From positions 3,162,001 through 3,226,000 of the forward strand of contig NC_043006.1 in NCBI RefSeq assembly GCF_006345805.1: 64,000 bases of DNA, in the 5' to 3' direction. Positions 26,053 to 39,020 of the stretch are shown in pieces. This DNA comes from Octopus sinensis. Its lineage: Eukaryota. A program made the position numbers and the translations under genes. Positions within the stretch are counted from its first letter, which is position 1, and every line of letters starts with the position of its first letter. The notes under the pieces are model-generated. The model did no database searches and was not told where the DNA came from. It saw nothing but the letters and a program-made list of their open reading frames with translations.

Positions 26053-27004
26053 TTCTGATAAATGGCAAGAAAAACCTCTCTATGGCAAATACCCAAAGAG
26101 AGTGAATAATGCAGATGTTGACAAAGCCCTGACCCATCAATGGCTAATGGCCTCTGGCTTAAAATCTGAAACTAGGGGTTTATCATAGCAGCTCAAGATC
26201 AATGCCTACCAACAAGAAACTACCAGGCCAACATATTAAAGATCAGAAGCAGTCCAACGTATCGTGTATGCCAGCAACAAAATGAAACCATTGACCATGT
26301 GGTTTCCAAGTGCAGTCTTCTAGCGCCTACAGAGTATCTCAACAGACACGATAGAGCTGCACAATATATTCACTGGGTAGTCTGCAAAAACCTGGACTTG
26401 CCCCTCGAAAAAAACTGGTGGGAACACAAACCACACCCAGTGCTTGAAAATGACCACATCTCACTCCTCTGGAACTTCACCATTCAAACTGACAGAAAGA
26501 TAGATGCAAATAGGCCAGACATCATATTGAAAGACTTCAAACAAAGAACATGCCTCCTCATTGATATGACTGTCCCAATCGATATAAACGTATCTGTCAA
26601 GACCTACGTAAAACTGAGCAAATATAAAGATCTTGAAATAGAAATCAGCAAAATGTGGAACCTGAAGACTAAAACAATACCTGTTGTCATAGGTGCCCTG
26701 GGAATGATAGCAAAAGGGGCTGATAGCTACCTAACTCAGATACGAGGAAACCCCAAAATGGCAGAAATTCAAAAGATAGTGCTCATGGGAACTGCTCATA
26801 TCCTACGCAAAATACTTTCTATGTAATTTCAAGTTTTAAAACAAACATAATTTTTTAGGCATTCACTAGTACAACACTAAGTACAAAACCAAATATATGG
26901 CACCCTAGGCATAACACCAACATGAACTTCCAATTTGTTGTCTCTTGAGGTCTCTGGGTGAGACTTGGAGCCAGCTTGTGCAAATGTAAAGCAAAAGTCA
27001 AACA
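26053..27004 (+). mobile_element. Second family D copy, more 5'-truncated
   Basis: Aligns with 24905-25856; uninterrupted 175-aa RLE ORF 26299-26826. Confidence 0.92.
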
Positions 27005-27074
27005 TATAATAATAATAATAATAATAATAATATAATAATATAATATAATAATATAATAATATAATAATAATAAC

Positions 27075-27141
<67 letters not shown>

Positions 27142-27145
<4 letters not shown>

Positions 27146-29020
27146 ATGAGTTAAAACTGTTGGCAAAAACAGAGCCTGCAATGGAGAGGCTGGTTGAGAC
27201 TGTGCGGATGTGCAGCAAAGATATGGAGGTGGAATTCGGTATCTCGAAGTGTATGGTGCTGACTTTGAAGCGGGGGAAAAGTGCAGATTGTTGGGGCATA
27301 GAATTGCCAAACGGAGAGCGAATGGAAGACTCGGATGATGATAGGTACAAGTACCTCAGGATCCTGGAGCTAGACAATATCTTGCTCAGAGAAATGAAAG
27401 GCAAGGTCATCACTGCGTATTCAAGCGCCTCACATTTCTCTTGAAAGCAAAACTCAACTGAAGGAATCTTGTAACTGCTATCAACATATGGGCTGCTGGG
27501 GTAGTCCGCCATAGTGCACCCCTCTTGAAATGGACACAAGCGGAGATTAACCAACTCGATAGCTCTACCCGAAAGTCAATGACAATGCATGGTGCCCTCC
27601 ACCTTAAGGCACTACATGAAAAGGGGTACAGGTGAACATGGGTTGATCAGCGTACGGGTGTGCATCAACAGTGAAAGAAGAAACATGACAGAATATTTGG
27701 TAAACAGCAAACAAGACCTTCTACAGGATCAGGCATTGAATACCAACTCAGTGAAAAGGGATATATACCACACAAGTGCAACGAACCTCTGAAGAATGTG
27801 TGGGAAGAGGGTTGAAAGCGTAACTCGCATTGTTAGTCTTGCGCAATGAATATCTGGTCAGTTGCGGTGGTCAGATATAGTGCGTCAATCCTCAAATGAG
27901 CTAAGGAGGAAATATCAACACTGGACAGAAGGACGAGAACGTTGATGACGCTGCATGGGGCGCTACACCCAAAAACAAACGTAAACAAACTGTATATGAA
28001 AAGAAAGATTGGTGGCAGAGGACTGATTAGTATAGACCATTGTATAAGAAGTGAAAGGAGAACGCTTGCTGAGTATTTGATAGAGATGAAGACTTGCTTG
28101 AATATGCCGCGAAAGATATGGGTGTAAATGCAGATGAAATGATGAGCAAAGAGTGGAGAAGACAAAAGAAGACCTTCTTGGAATGAGAGTGCATGGACAA
28201 TTTGAAAGGAATACACAAGACGCTAAGGATAATACAGCATCGTGGGCATGGCTTGAGTGAGGGGATTTGAAGCGTGCCACCGAAAGCCTGATCATTGCTG
28301 CACAAGACCAGGCTCTCGCTACCAATTCAGTGAAGTATAGCATATATAAAAACTTCTGACACCCAGAAATGTAGACTCTGGGGAAAGAGCGTGGAAAATG
28401 TGATCCACTTGGTGAGTGGATAGGAGAGCCTTGCACAAAAAGAATACAAGTGCCGCCACGATAAAGTGTGTGTGTGTGTATCTTCATTGGCTCTTATGCT
28501 GTAAATACCAATATGAAGTAACAGAGAACTTGGATGAGCATGTACCAAGTAAAGTTATGCAGGAGGATGGAAAACTAACGATACTCTGGGACTATGATTT
28601 TCAGATGGATCGGGTAATCGAACACCATCGGCTGAATATTGCCATATTGAATAAGAGAGACAAATACTGTCAGATCATTGATGTAGCCATACCAAATGAC
28701 ATGAATGTTGTGAGTAAAGAGGTTGAAAGAATCACCGAATACTCCGAATTGGAAGTGGAAAAGGCAAGATTTTAAGGAATGTGAGAGGGTAATGTAAAAG
28801 TGATACCAGTGGTGATGGGAGCGCGGGGTTCAATCCCATTGAAACTTCAAAACATCTTAAGGCAACTGGAAATTCCATGCAAGATGGATGTCTTGCAAAA
28901 AGCAGCCTTATTGGGCACAGTGCGCACCTTAAGGAAAGTATTGTCTGTTTGAGATCCTTGTTGTGACTTGACAGATGATTAAAGACTTCGGTATATTTTT
29001 ACCTACACTGTGTTACGAAG

Positions 29021-29021
<1 letters not shown>
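27142..29021 (+). mobile_element. Old R4/Dong-like mosaic of two diverged lineages
   Basis: VEFGISKC, YKYLRIL, HGALH (twice), ESLIIAAQDQAL, LWDYDF, IIDVAIP, KVIPVVMGA; many stops and frameshifts. Confidence 0.8.
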
Positions 29022-29087
<66 letters not shown>

Positions 29088-29090
<3 letters not shown>

Positions 29091-29302
29091 TTCTACTGTA
29101 GGCACAAAGCCTGAAATTTTGGGGAAGGGATTAAGTCGATTACATCGACCCCAGTGCGTAACTGGCACTTAATTTAATCGACACCTGAAGGATGAAAGAC
29201 GAAGTCAATCTCGGGGGAAATTTGAACTCAGAACGTAGCGACAGACGAAATACCGCTAAGCATTTCGCCCGGTGCGCTAACGATTCTGCCAGCTCACCGC
29301 CT
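29088..29302 (-). mobile_element. ATT-tailed SINE
   Basis: Reverse complement of the 1997-2690 unit. Confidence 0.8.
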
Positions 29303-29329
29303 GAATGATAATAAGTGGAGAGGAATAAG

Positions 29330-29900
29330 AATTAGTTCAAGTATGTACCAAACAAAGTACTTGACAATGACCTGTCCACAATAATCTGTGATGTACTCGG
29401 CCAGTCTGGCAAAGAGATCAAGGCAAACAGTTTGGACATTATAGTAAATGATTGGAAAAGAAGCAGACATTACAATCCTTTCTGATGAAAACATTGCCCG
29501 AAAGGTAGTGGAAACGCTATCTAAACACAAGGAGCTTGAAATTGAAATATTCATTCAGCGGGGCATGAGGGTAAAACAATACCACTAGTAACTGGAGTAT
29601 TGGATACAGTATTAAAAATTTGAAATAAATCTTAAAAACCATACCAGGGATTAAAATACTACACTATGTCTCCCAAAAGAGCCCTGCTGGGAACAGCCTA
29701 CACCCTGCGCCGTAGATTATCCGTTCAATAGAATAGCTCAAATAGAACAATCTTCACACACAACACACACATTATACAAGAAAAACCTAATAATTTAAAA
29801 TAACAGATCTTGTGCAACATGTTCTATACAAGATTAAGGCACAAAAATGGCGCAATCCACATTATACACACCACACACGACTGAGCAAACATTAACAAGA
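29330..29900 (+). mobile_element. Old R4/Dong-like RLE fragment
   Basis: YVPNKVLDND, KEIKANSLDIIV, LSKHKELEIEI, ALLGTAYTLRR. Confidence 0.7.
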
Positions 29901-29904
29901 AACT

Positions 29905-30262
29905 AAAGCGGTGGACTGGCAGAATCGTTAGCGCGTCGGGCAAAATGCTTGGCTGTATTTCGTCCGACTTTACGTTGTGAGTTCAAATTCCGCCGAGGTC
30001 GACTTTGCCTTTCATCCTTTCGGAGTCGATTAAATAAATACCAGTTACGCACTGGGGTCAATGTAATCGACTTAATCCGTTTGTCTGTCCTTGTTCGTCC
30101 CCTCTGTGTATAGCCCCTTGTAAGGAAATAGGTATTTCGTCTGCCGCTACGTTCTGAATTCGAGGTCGACTTTATTTTTCAAATAAATGCAAGTTGAGCA
30201 CTAGGGTCGATGTAATCGATTTACCTCTTCGACCGAACTTATTAGCCTTGTGCCAAAATTTG
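29905..30262 (+). mobile_element. ATT-tailed SINE variant with internal partial duplication
   Basis: GGCAGAATCGTTAGCG head; GAGGTCGACTTT occurs twice. Confidence 0.7.
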
Positions 30263-30820
30263 AAACCAGTCTAGAAACTAAATCCTATAACAAAACGAAC
30301 CGAACACAACGCAGCAGCATTCTTGGAACTCAGAGATGCCCCAGTTGGGGCAGTGGAAACTATCGAAGCAAGAATAGTAGTAATGGTTGTAGTTGCAGCA
30401 AGGGTAGTCATTTTACATTTTGCGAGAAAAACGACGGATGCGAGGACAAATTAAGAAAATGGTGATGGAAATGATGATGATTTAATTTATTGGCTGACAA
30501 CATTACAAGAAGTACGATGGCAAAATGCGAAACAATTAGGGGATCTACATAGAGTAAGAGAAAGCATTCAATAAAAACCATAAGTATTTATAGAAGAATA
30601 AATATCAGATTAGTTACATTACATAAAAATAAAACGCTCACTTAGCCCCAAGTTGGGGACGACGACGTAAAGGGAACGATGTACTCATAGAAAATCTAGG
30701 GATCACTCTCTCTCACCCGGAAGTCGTTACCTTATTACACACTCACACTCACACTCACAATTACGAAGTTCAATACTGATCAAAGGTATATACGTGCATA
30801 TATGATCATATGTGCGTATA

Positions 30821-31037
30821 CTCTTTACTCTTTTACTCTTTTACTTGTTTCAGTCATTTGACTGCGACCATGCTGGAGCACCGCATTTAGTCGAGCAACT
30901 CGACCCCGGGACTTATTCTTTTGTAAGCCCAGTACTTATTCTATCAGTCTCTTTTGCCGAACCGCTAAGTAACTGGGACGTAAACACACCAGCATCGGTT
31001 GTCAAGCAATGCTAGGGGGACAAACACAGACACACAA

Positions 31038-31068
<31 letters not shown>

Positions 31069-31241
31069 CATATATACGACAGGCTTCTTTCAGTTTCCGT
31101 CTACCAAATCCACTCACAAGGCATTGGTCGGCCCGGGGCTATAGCAGAAGACACTTGCCCAAGATGCCACGCAATGGGACTGAACCCAGAACCATGTGGT
31201 TGGTTAGCAAGCTACTTACCACACAGCCACTCCTGCGCCTA
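30821..31241 (-). mobile_element. tRNA-derived SINE with internal CA/TA microsatellite
   Basis: Minus head ATAGGCGCAGGAGTGGCTGTGTGGTAAG...GGTTCAGTCCC; 3' part CAGCATGGTCGCAGTCAAATGACTGAAACAAGTAAAAG. Confidence 0.85.
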
Positions 31242-31283
31242 TATGTGTGCATATACAATATGTATGTACATAAAAAAATAGAC

Positions 31284-31602
31284 GTCATCGTCTATGAATG
31301 ACCATGGGATTGCACCTAGGAAGTTCCCCTCCAAGGCACAAGTCCGGGAAAGGTTGTTTATGGAAGACCAGCAGTAGTTGCCCATGCCTACCAGCCTCCC
31401 CTCTCCACGCCACCGATGTTATCCGGGGGAAAGGCAAAGGGGCCGATACAGCTTGGCACCAGGGACATTGCAAGTCACGTCTACAGCTGATTGAACTGGA
31501 GCAACGTGAAATGAAGTGTCTTGCTCAAGAACACAACACGCAACCCAGTCCGGGCTCATGATTGTGAACCCGACGTTTTAACCACCACTGAGCCATGCGC
31601 CT
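31284..31602 (-). mobile_element. tRNA-derived SINE (family of 986-1323)
   Basis: Aligns with 1000-1323 with a short deletion. Confidence 0.8.
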
Positions 31603-32098
31603 ACACTATGTGTGTGTGTGTATGTATATATATATATATATATACACACACACATATAAATATATATATTAACACATACATCCATTCCCACATATATATA
31701 TATACATAATTACATATATATTGCTATACATATGCGTACACACACACACACAAACACGCGCACGCGTGCACACATACACCCCCCCCCACACACACATACA
31801 CAAGCACCAAGGAAACCAGAGACACTTGAAAGAATCTCGAACAGGATGTAAAGTTTCTTTCAATGTGCGTTATTTTTGTATAACAATATAAACTTGTTAA
31901 TGAAAGATTGTTCCAACTGGTGATTGAGGTGTCTCTTGGGGGGGGGGGGTGTTAGTGATATCACAGACAGACGCATTCGTGCTTTGTCGACGATGGTCAC
32001 GGAACCGGCAGCGACGGCGGCGGCGGTGATGGTGGCGGAGGTGCTGGTGAAGTAGTGGGCCATGCTGGATTTTAATGCCGTTGCATTAGCAGCAGCAA

Positions 32099-32133
<35 letters not shown>

Positions 32134-32525
32134 ATTGTAGTAGTAGTAGTATTTGTTGATGGTGTTGTTGTTGTTTTGGTGGTGATGGTCATAAAGGGAG
32201 TGGGGAACGGGACAATAGTGGCAATAATAGGCATAGTGTCAGAGTTGCTGTTGTTGTTGTTGCTGATGGTTTTTCAGGGGTGATGAAAGAAGCAGTTAAC
32301 GTAAGGCAGCTGCTAGCGTCGACGATGGTGGTGATGGTGGTGTCGTTATTGTTGTTGTAGAAATAAACTTTGTCATATCCTCTTGTCACATCCGGGTTTC
32401 AAAGTTCATTCACCGTTATAAGGCCATAACATAGCAAGTTATTAAATCCAGCAACCACGTTGCAGGACAGCAGCTCTCACGCTTCACACGCCCTTCCCTT
32501 GCATATTTTCATATTTTCACACAGC

Positions 32526-32558
<33 letters not shown>

Positions 32559-34071
32559 ACACACACACACATACACACACACACACACACACCACACACA
32601 CTCTCACATATCGTTACATACACATTCATCTAATATTTTAGATATGTTAATACGTGTAGGTTTATACACACACACACACACACACACAACACTAACACAC
32701 GTTCGTGTGTGTGTATGTGTGTGTTTAAAGATATATATGTATATATGTTAAATGATAAACAGAAGATGGAATATACGAGAATTTTTATTATTAATCACGG
32801 CAATTCTTTCGACACATCTAGCATCGATCCCTCAGGGCTGGGTCACTTAACAACTGGTTCAGGAGCATCCGGTGGTGCAGATGTGTCTTGTCGGGTGATA
32901 AATAGATACAACTCTTTAAAATAACAGTTCCGCAACGTATCTTCTCATTTCGTAGGAAAAAAAGCAGCAAAACGAATATCTTCATTTATATGGAAGATCA
33001 AAAATAAAATCGCAGATGCAAAAAAGAAACGAACACGCAATAGAGCGAGAAAAGTATAAAAATTAACCGTTAACAAATATGGATGTACAAACGCCCTGGC
33101 ACAAGTTGCATGATACGTGCGCACTATCTCATACTAGGAACCGCGAAAATGTAAGCATGAGCACACGTGTTTTGGTGAACTCATGATTACAAAGCGAGTT
33201 AAATATCTAATTGATGTTTATAAGAATGGTTAAAGTTCAACTTAATTCATCGATATCTTAAAGTAAATTATTTTAACAGTGACTCAAATTCATTGTCCCA
33301 CCCGTGAGAGATCGATGCTATATGTGTAGAGATTAATAATTGTCGTGATTAATAATAAAATTCCTCCTATAATCCATCTTCCGTCTTTCATTTAACATGT
33401 ACATAGCGAACACTGTGAAAGTGACGACCATGCTTTACCAGTAAGCTACCAGGTGTAAACCATTTGTTTTATTGTATATATATACATGTTATCTCCTCTG
33501 TACCTTGCCCCCTGTCCCTTCCTCTGTGTGTGTGTGTGTGTGTCTCTCTCTCTCTCTCTAGTTCCTCCCTAATTCTTCAATCCCTCTACCTCCCACCTCT
33601 CTCTGTTCCTCCCACGTGATTGGTGTTCGGCCAAGCATGATCTTTCATTCTTGGCTTGACCACCACCAGCACAATACCTTATTTTCCTGTCACCTAACTT
33701 TCATATATGTTTGTGATTTAAGGCTTCCCCTTTACACGCCAGCTCAGTTTAACTTATCCATATTAGTCGAAAAACATCTGTTGTTGTTTTTGTTGTTTGT
33801 ATTTGTAATTGTGTAACATTTTCTCCGTTTTCTCGTTTTCTTTTTGCCTGTGTTATCGTACATATTCGCTTGGTTTCTTCAAAAACTTTAATGCTCTTAA
33901 CTGAGATTTTTGGGGCCTACCAATTTTGAACAGTCTCAAGTGTAACTGGTCGAAACTGTAATGATGATTGGAAGCTTGACTGATGAAAGAAAGCCATGAT
34001 TGTTACGTACTGGCTTTTCCTGTCCCTCTTTGTATCGTCTATCTGTCTGTATCTGTATATATATGTAAATA

Positions 34072-34107
<36 letters not shown>

Positions 34108-34179
34108 TGTATGTATGTATGTATGTATGTTGTATGTATGTATATATATATGTGTATATATGTAAATGTATATGTATAT

Positions 34180-34425
34180 ACGTTTATGAATTTGTGTTGC
34201 ATGATTCCTGATGTGAAACACCATAGAACAGAATGGAATAAGCGAAGGAAAAGCACACATGAAGACGGAAAGTATCACTGAAGAGGTCACAGATGTGTAA
34301 TGAAAGATTTCCAGACAATGGACAAGAGTTAGAATAAGAGCAGTAATAAACAAGTGAAGAACGAATATATAGTGCGTGTGCTTACTTGGCAAAAAAATTA
34401 CCGACCCGAAATGCAGCAACAATGT
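34180..34425 (+). mobile_element. PLE-like terminal module with degenerate HHR motif
   Basis: CTGAAGA-GGTCAC...GAAA-GATTTC at 34278-34311; related to 43262-43693; flanked by TA-rich microsatellites. Confidence 0.5.
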
Positions 34426-34430
34426 ATATA

Positions 34431-34526
<96 letters not shown>

Positions 34527-35059
34527 ATATATACACTTATATGTATGTATAATATATATATATATATATACATATATGGATAAAACTTACTTGGAGAAGG
34601 ATGCGTGACGTTCGATTATATAATAATATAAATAATATATGAATATATGCATATATACGTACAGATATGTACATACCTACATATATATATATAGACATGC
34701 ATATATGGGTACCGTACATAAAACAAAAAAAGTTGAACACAATGAGAAACGAAAACATAAAAGCAAAAACATAAAAAACGAACTTTTTTCCAACAACGGA
34801 AAAACAAACAGGGAAGCGAGACCGGCAACATAAAGAATACTCCTCTTCTTCAGTTGTCCGTGTTTCATCTACTCCGCTTTTTCGAAGGTAAGGACAGTAC
34901 ACGACCTCATTGAAACAGTCCTTCCTGAAAAGAAAATTAAATAAAATTTGGGATTTTTTGCGGAGGGTGAAAGTGGTAACAAGAACAGAACAGTGAGAAC
35001 AAACGGTGAGGAGAGGAGTGGGAGAGAAAACCAGAAAGAACAAGAAATACTTGGGGGTA

Positions 35060-35225
35060 TTTCGTCTGTTGCTGTGTTCTGCGTTCAAATTACGCCGGGA
35101 TCGACTTTATTCTTCCGGGTCATTCTTCCGCGTCGATAAATTAAGTACCAGTGAAACACTGGGGTCGATGTAATCGACTCATCGTCTCCCTCAAAATGGC
35201 TGCCCCTGTGGTAAAATTTGAAACA
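35060..35225 (+). mobile_element. ATT-tailed-family SINE (partial)
   Basis: GTATTTCGTCTG...GTTCAAATT...GTCGATGTAATCGAC. Confidence 0.7.
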
Positions 35226-35255
35226 ACAACAACCACAATAATAATAATAATAATA

Positions 35256-35296
<41 letters not shown>

Positions 35297-35322
35297 TGAT
35301 GATGATGATGATGATGATAATA

Positions 35323-35356
<34 letters not shown>

Positions 35357-35435
35357 TATTATTATTATTATCATCATCATTATTATTATTATTATTATTA
35401 TTTATTATTATTATCAATATTATTATTATTTATTA

Positions 35436-35481
<46 letters not shown>

Positions 35482-35515
35482 TATTATATTATTATTATTA
35501 TTATTATTATATTAT

Positions 35516-35743
35516 TCAGTAGTTTTATTTTTATAGCGTGCTTTCACTTCACTACCGAGCGCAGCTCTGTGTGCCTTGGGTATGTGCTGTGATTTGTTGT
35601 GATGCTCTGGTGGTTATTGTATGGAAAGTGTTCTGCGTAGGATGTGTGCAGTGCCTAGTAGTGCAATTTTCTGTATGTTATATGTGTTTGTAGTCCTGGT
35701 ATTTTTGTTATGTAATTGTTGAATATTTTTTTATCATGCCTAA
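35516..35743 (-). mobile_element. R4/Dong-like LINE 3' end, family A, minus strand
   Basis: Reverse complement of 10185-10412; tail appears as (ATT)n on the plus strand. Confidence 0.9.
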
Positions 35744-35754
35744 TTATTATTATT

Positions 35755-35787
<33 letters not shown>

Positions 35788-35810
35788 ATTATTAATTATT
35801 ATTATCTTAA

Positions 35811-35856
<46 letters not shown>

Positions 35857-35857
35857 C

Positions 35858-35963
<106 letters not shown>

Positions 35964-35984
35964 TATTATCATCATCATCATCAT

Positions 35985-36187
35985 CATCAAGGCAGCATGC
36001 TTGCAGAACCGTTAGTACGCCGGGCGAAACAGCTAGCGGTATTTCTTCTGTCGCTTCGTTCTGAATTCAAATTCCACCGAGGTCACCTTTACCTTTCAGC
36101 CTTTCGGAGTCGATTAAATAAGTACCAGTTATGATTAATCAACTTAATCCCAGTAGAAAGGATTATTATTATTACTATTACTACTAC

Positions 36188-36222
<35 letters not shown>

Positions 36223-36570
36223 TATTATTATTATTATTATTATTATATTGTTGTTGTTGTTGTTGTTGTTGTTATTATTATTATTATTATTGTTATTGTT
36301 ATTATTATTATTATCTTTTTCATTACTAATATTGTTATTATTATCATTATCATTATCAAGGCGATTAGCTGGCAGAAGCGTTAACACGCCGGGCGAAATG
36401 CTTAGCAGAATTTCGCCTGTCTTTTTGTTCTGAGTTCAAATCCATCCGGTCGACCTTGCCTTTCATCTTTTTGAGGTAGATGAAATAAGTGCCAGTCGAA
36501 CACTAGGGTCAATCTCAATCGAACTATATCTTCCCCGAAATTGCTGGCCTTGTGCCAAAATTTGAAATCG
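35985..36570 (+). mobile_element. Two ATT-tailed SINE copies separated by an ATT/ACT/GTT array
   Basis: Copies at ~35985-36165 and ~36358-36570. Confidence 0.75.
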
Positions 36571-36645
36571 ATATTACAGGTATTCCACGATTAAAACTTG
36601 TTTCAATAATGTGTAGATGAGAGATGAGAACATATGCTTAAAGAC

Positions 36646-36649
<4 letters not shown>

Positions 36650-36743
<94 letters not shown>

Positions 36744-36754
36744 TAGATAGATAG

Positions 36755-36790
<36 letters not shown>
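36650..36790. repeat. (GA)n with (GATA)n interruption
   Basis: Directly visible. Confidence 0.95.
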
Positions 36791-36791
<1 letters not shown>

Positions 36792-37029
36792 GCAGTGATA
36801 TAAAATTCTATAATTGTGATCATATAATGAAAGGGTATTTTTGAGGACGATTATGACATGAAGTATTTGGATCTCTCATTTTTATATATATATCATTGTT
36901 ATTATGCCATCGATAATATGACTTCGAGTATATTTCATGATTTCTCACCAACAAGTTATTGAAGCAGCTGTAAACACTGGGATGACTGTAATGACAGGCA
37001 ACAAAGCCATTTTCACTTATATACATACA

Positions 37030-37093
<64 letters not shown>

Positions 37094-37115
37094 ATATATT
37101 ATATGTTATATATAT

Positions 37116-37158
<43 letters not shown>

Positions 37159-37638
37159 ACACACACACGCACACATATATATATATATATAATCTGATCG
37201 AATCCTTCGTGTGTTAACATGGACCTCCTAACGACAATGTAATCTTCATTTAATCACGATATCCTTGGCCTGAAGTGTAGCTTGCCGTAGACACCCGGCC
37301 GCTTGGATAGTTACGAGGTTCCGCTCGCAATGAAGCATAGCTTATGTGTGTGTGTGTGTGTGTGTTTTTCATGATTACAAAAGGTTGGTTTGTTAATATG
37401 ATGTAGAGTTGCATTTTTCTGGAAACATTTGGTTTACCCATAGTTACTCGGAGTTTTATCCACGTAAAGTATAAATCCGATCATTCGACATTATTTAGTC
37501 ATAAAAGCAGCATCCGCAAAGCATTATGTTACTTGATTTTCATTTGTATAAATATACTCTCACAAGGTATAGAATAGCTTCCATTCTATTAATTTAAAAA
37601 TGACTATGTACGTATGCATACATACATACATACATACA

Positions 37639-37669
<31 letters not shown>

Positions 37670-37779
37670 CCACACAAAATCCATGTATATGAATGTTTAA
37701 TTGAAACAAATAAAAAATAGATTATTTTCTAAAATATATAGGACGTACCGCTAGCTAATTAAAAAGTAGTTACTATCAA

Positions 37780-38170
37780 CAGGTACACATATCTAGAAAT
37801 AAACCTGGAAAGAAAGAAGCGTCTTCCAGCTATGTATTGGATTCTAAAATAGAGGAAACGACAATTGAAAATGCAAAATACTATTAACCGTTAAATTTTA
37901 AAATGATAATCACACCTCTTGGTAAAACTTCCCACACTACTCACGCAAAAAAAAAACCCAAATAATTAATTGCTACTTAGAAAAAAAACCCCACCTCCTA
38001 AACCCACATGGTACTCAAAACTAAGAAGTACTTTAAACCGCCAGAATCATCCCCAAATTAACCAGCAGGAAACTGAACTTGAAACTTGGAGCAATATGCC
38101 TCCATTTATGTATCGTCCAAATGATATCCAAATCTCTACGTAAACTTTGTACTATTCAAGCATTAACATA
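37780..38170 (+). pseudogene. Possible degenerate Penelope-like RT fragment
   Basis: LPAMYWILK at 37823 resembles the PLE RT LPxMYWxPKxHK motif; downstream heavily eroded. Confidence 0.4.
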
Positions 38171-38266
38171 GATTTGCGGTTTTAGACGTTAGAGTGGTAC
38201 TTCACTAGACTTGCATTAAAGGTGTGCTCTTACAGTGTGCGTCTTTCATACATTGCTTTTTGCTTA

Positions 38267-38766
38267 TCGTAAATCCTCAAGTATAGTCCGCCCTTGAGTA
38301 TAATACGCAGGGGATATTTAGGGGGCTGTACCACTGAAAAACCTAAACCTTGTGTATAATACGCACCACTTCTCTAACTTGGAGTCGTGCGTAATTAAGC
38401 CAGCAGCACCTAGTCGAACAAACACTTCCGCGCATGCGTAATACAATAATGGGAATATAAATATGTTTGCAAATTGTTTTTGTTACATGTTATTCTGTGT
38501 TCTGAATACTTTTATTTTAATAAATGTTGCTTACTGCAAGTTATGGATGATTCTTTTATGACTTCATTGCTTTCAGGCTTAGCTTAAGGTATTTTCGCGC
38601 CCGGCATCACAAAATGTGTCTGAATAAACATTGTCGGACAGCAAATGGAGACTCGAGCATTGCTTAGAAAATATTTTTCATATTTAACCTCGTGTATAGT
38701 ACGCACTAGGGATTTTGACCTTTAAATTTTGGGAAAAAATTTCGGATTATACTCGAGGATTTTTGG
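38267..38766. mobile_element. pogo/Tc1-mariner-type MITE
   Basis: 24-bp TIRs (19/24) TCGTAAATCCTCAAGTATAGTCCG / CGGATTATACTCGAGGATTTTTGG; TA flanks. Confidence 0.8.
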
Positions 38767-39020
38767 TATATCGAGAGGAAACAAAAAGTAAATAAAGAAT
38801 GATTAGAGGATGAATAATTAAAACGAAAATTGTAAGGGCACACCTTTAACGCAAGACTGATGAAGTACCAACCTACTGTCTAAAAGCGCAAATATTAAGT
38901 AAATTTTCACTTAGAAGTGTTGCGTAAAACAGCGTTGCAAGTAGAGTTGGCACAGAACAATTGTAACTGATCGTTGAAGATATTTGAGGGGAATTTTTTT
39001 TTGTCTTATTATTTGGATTA

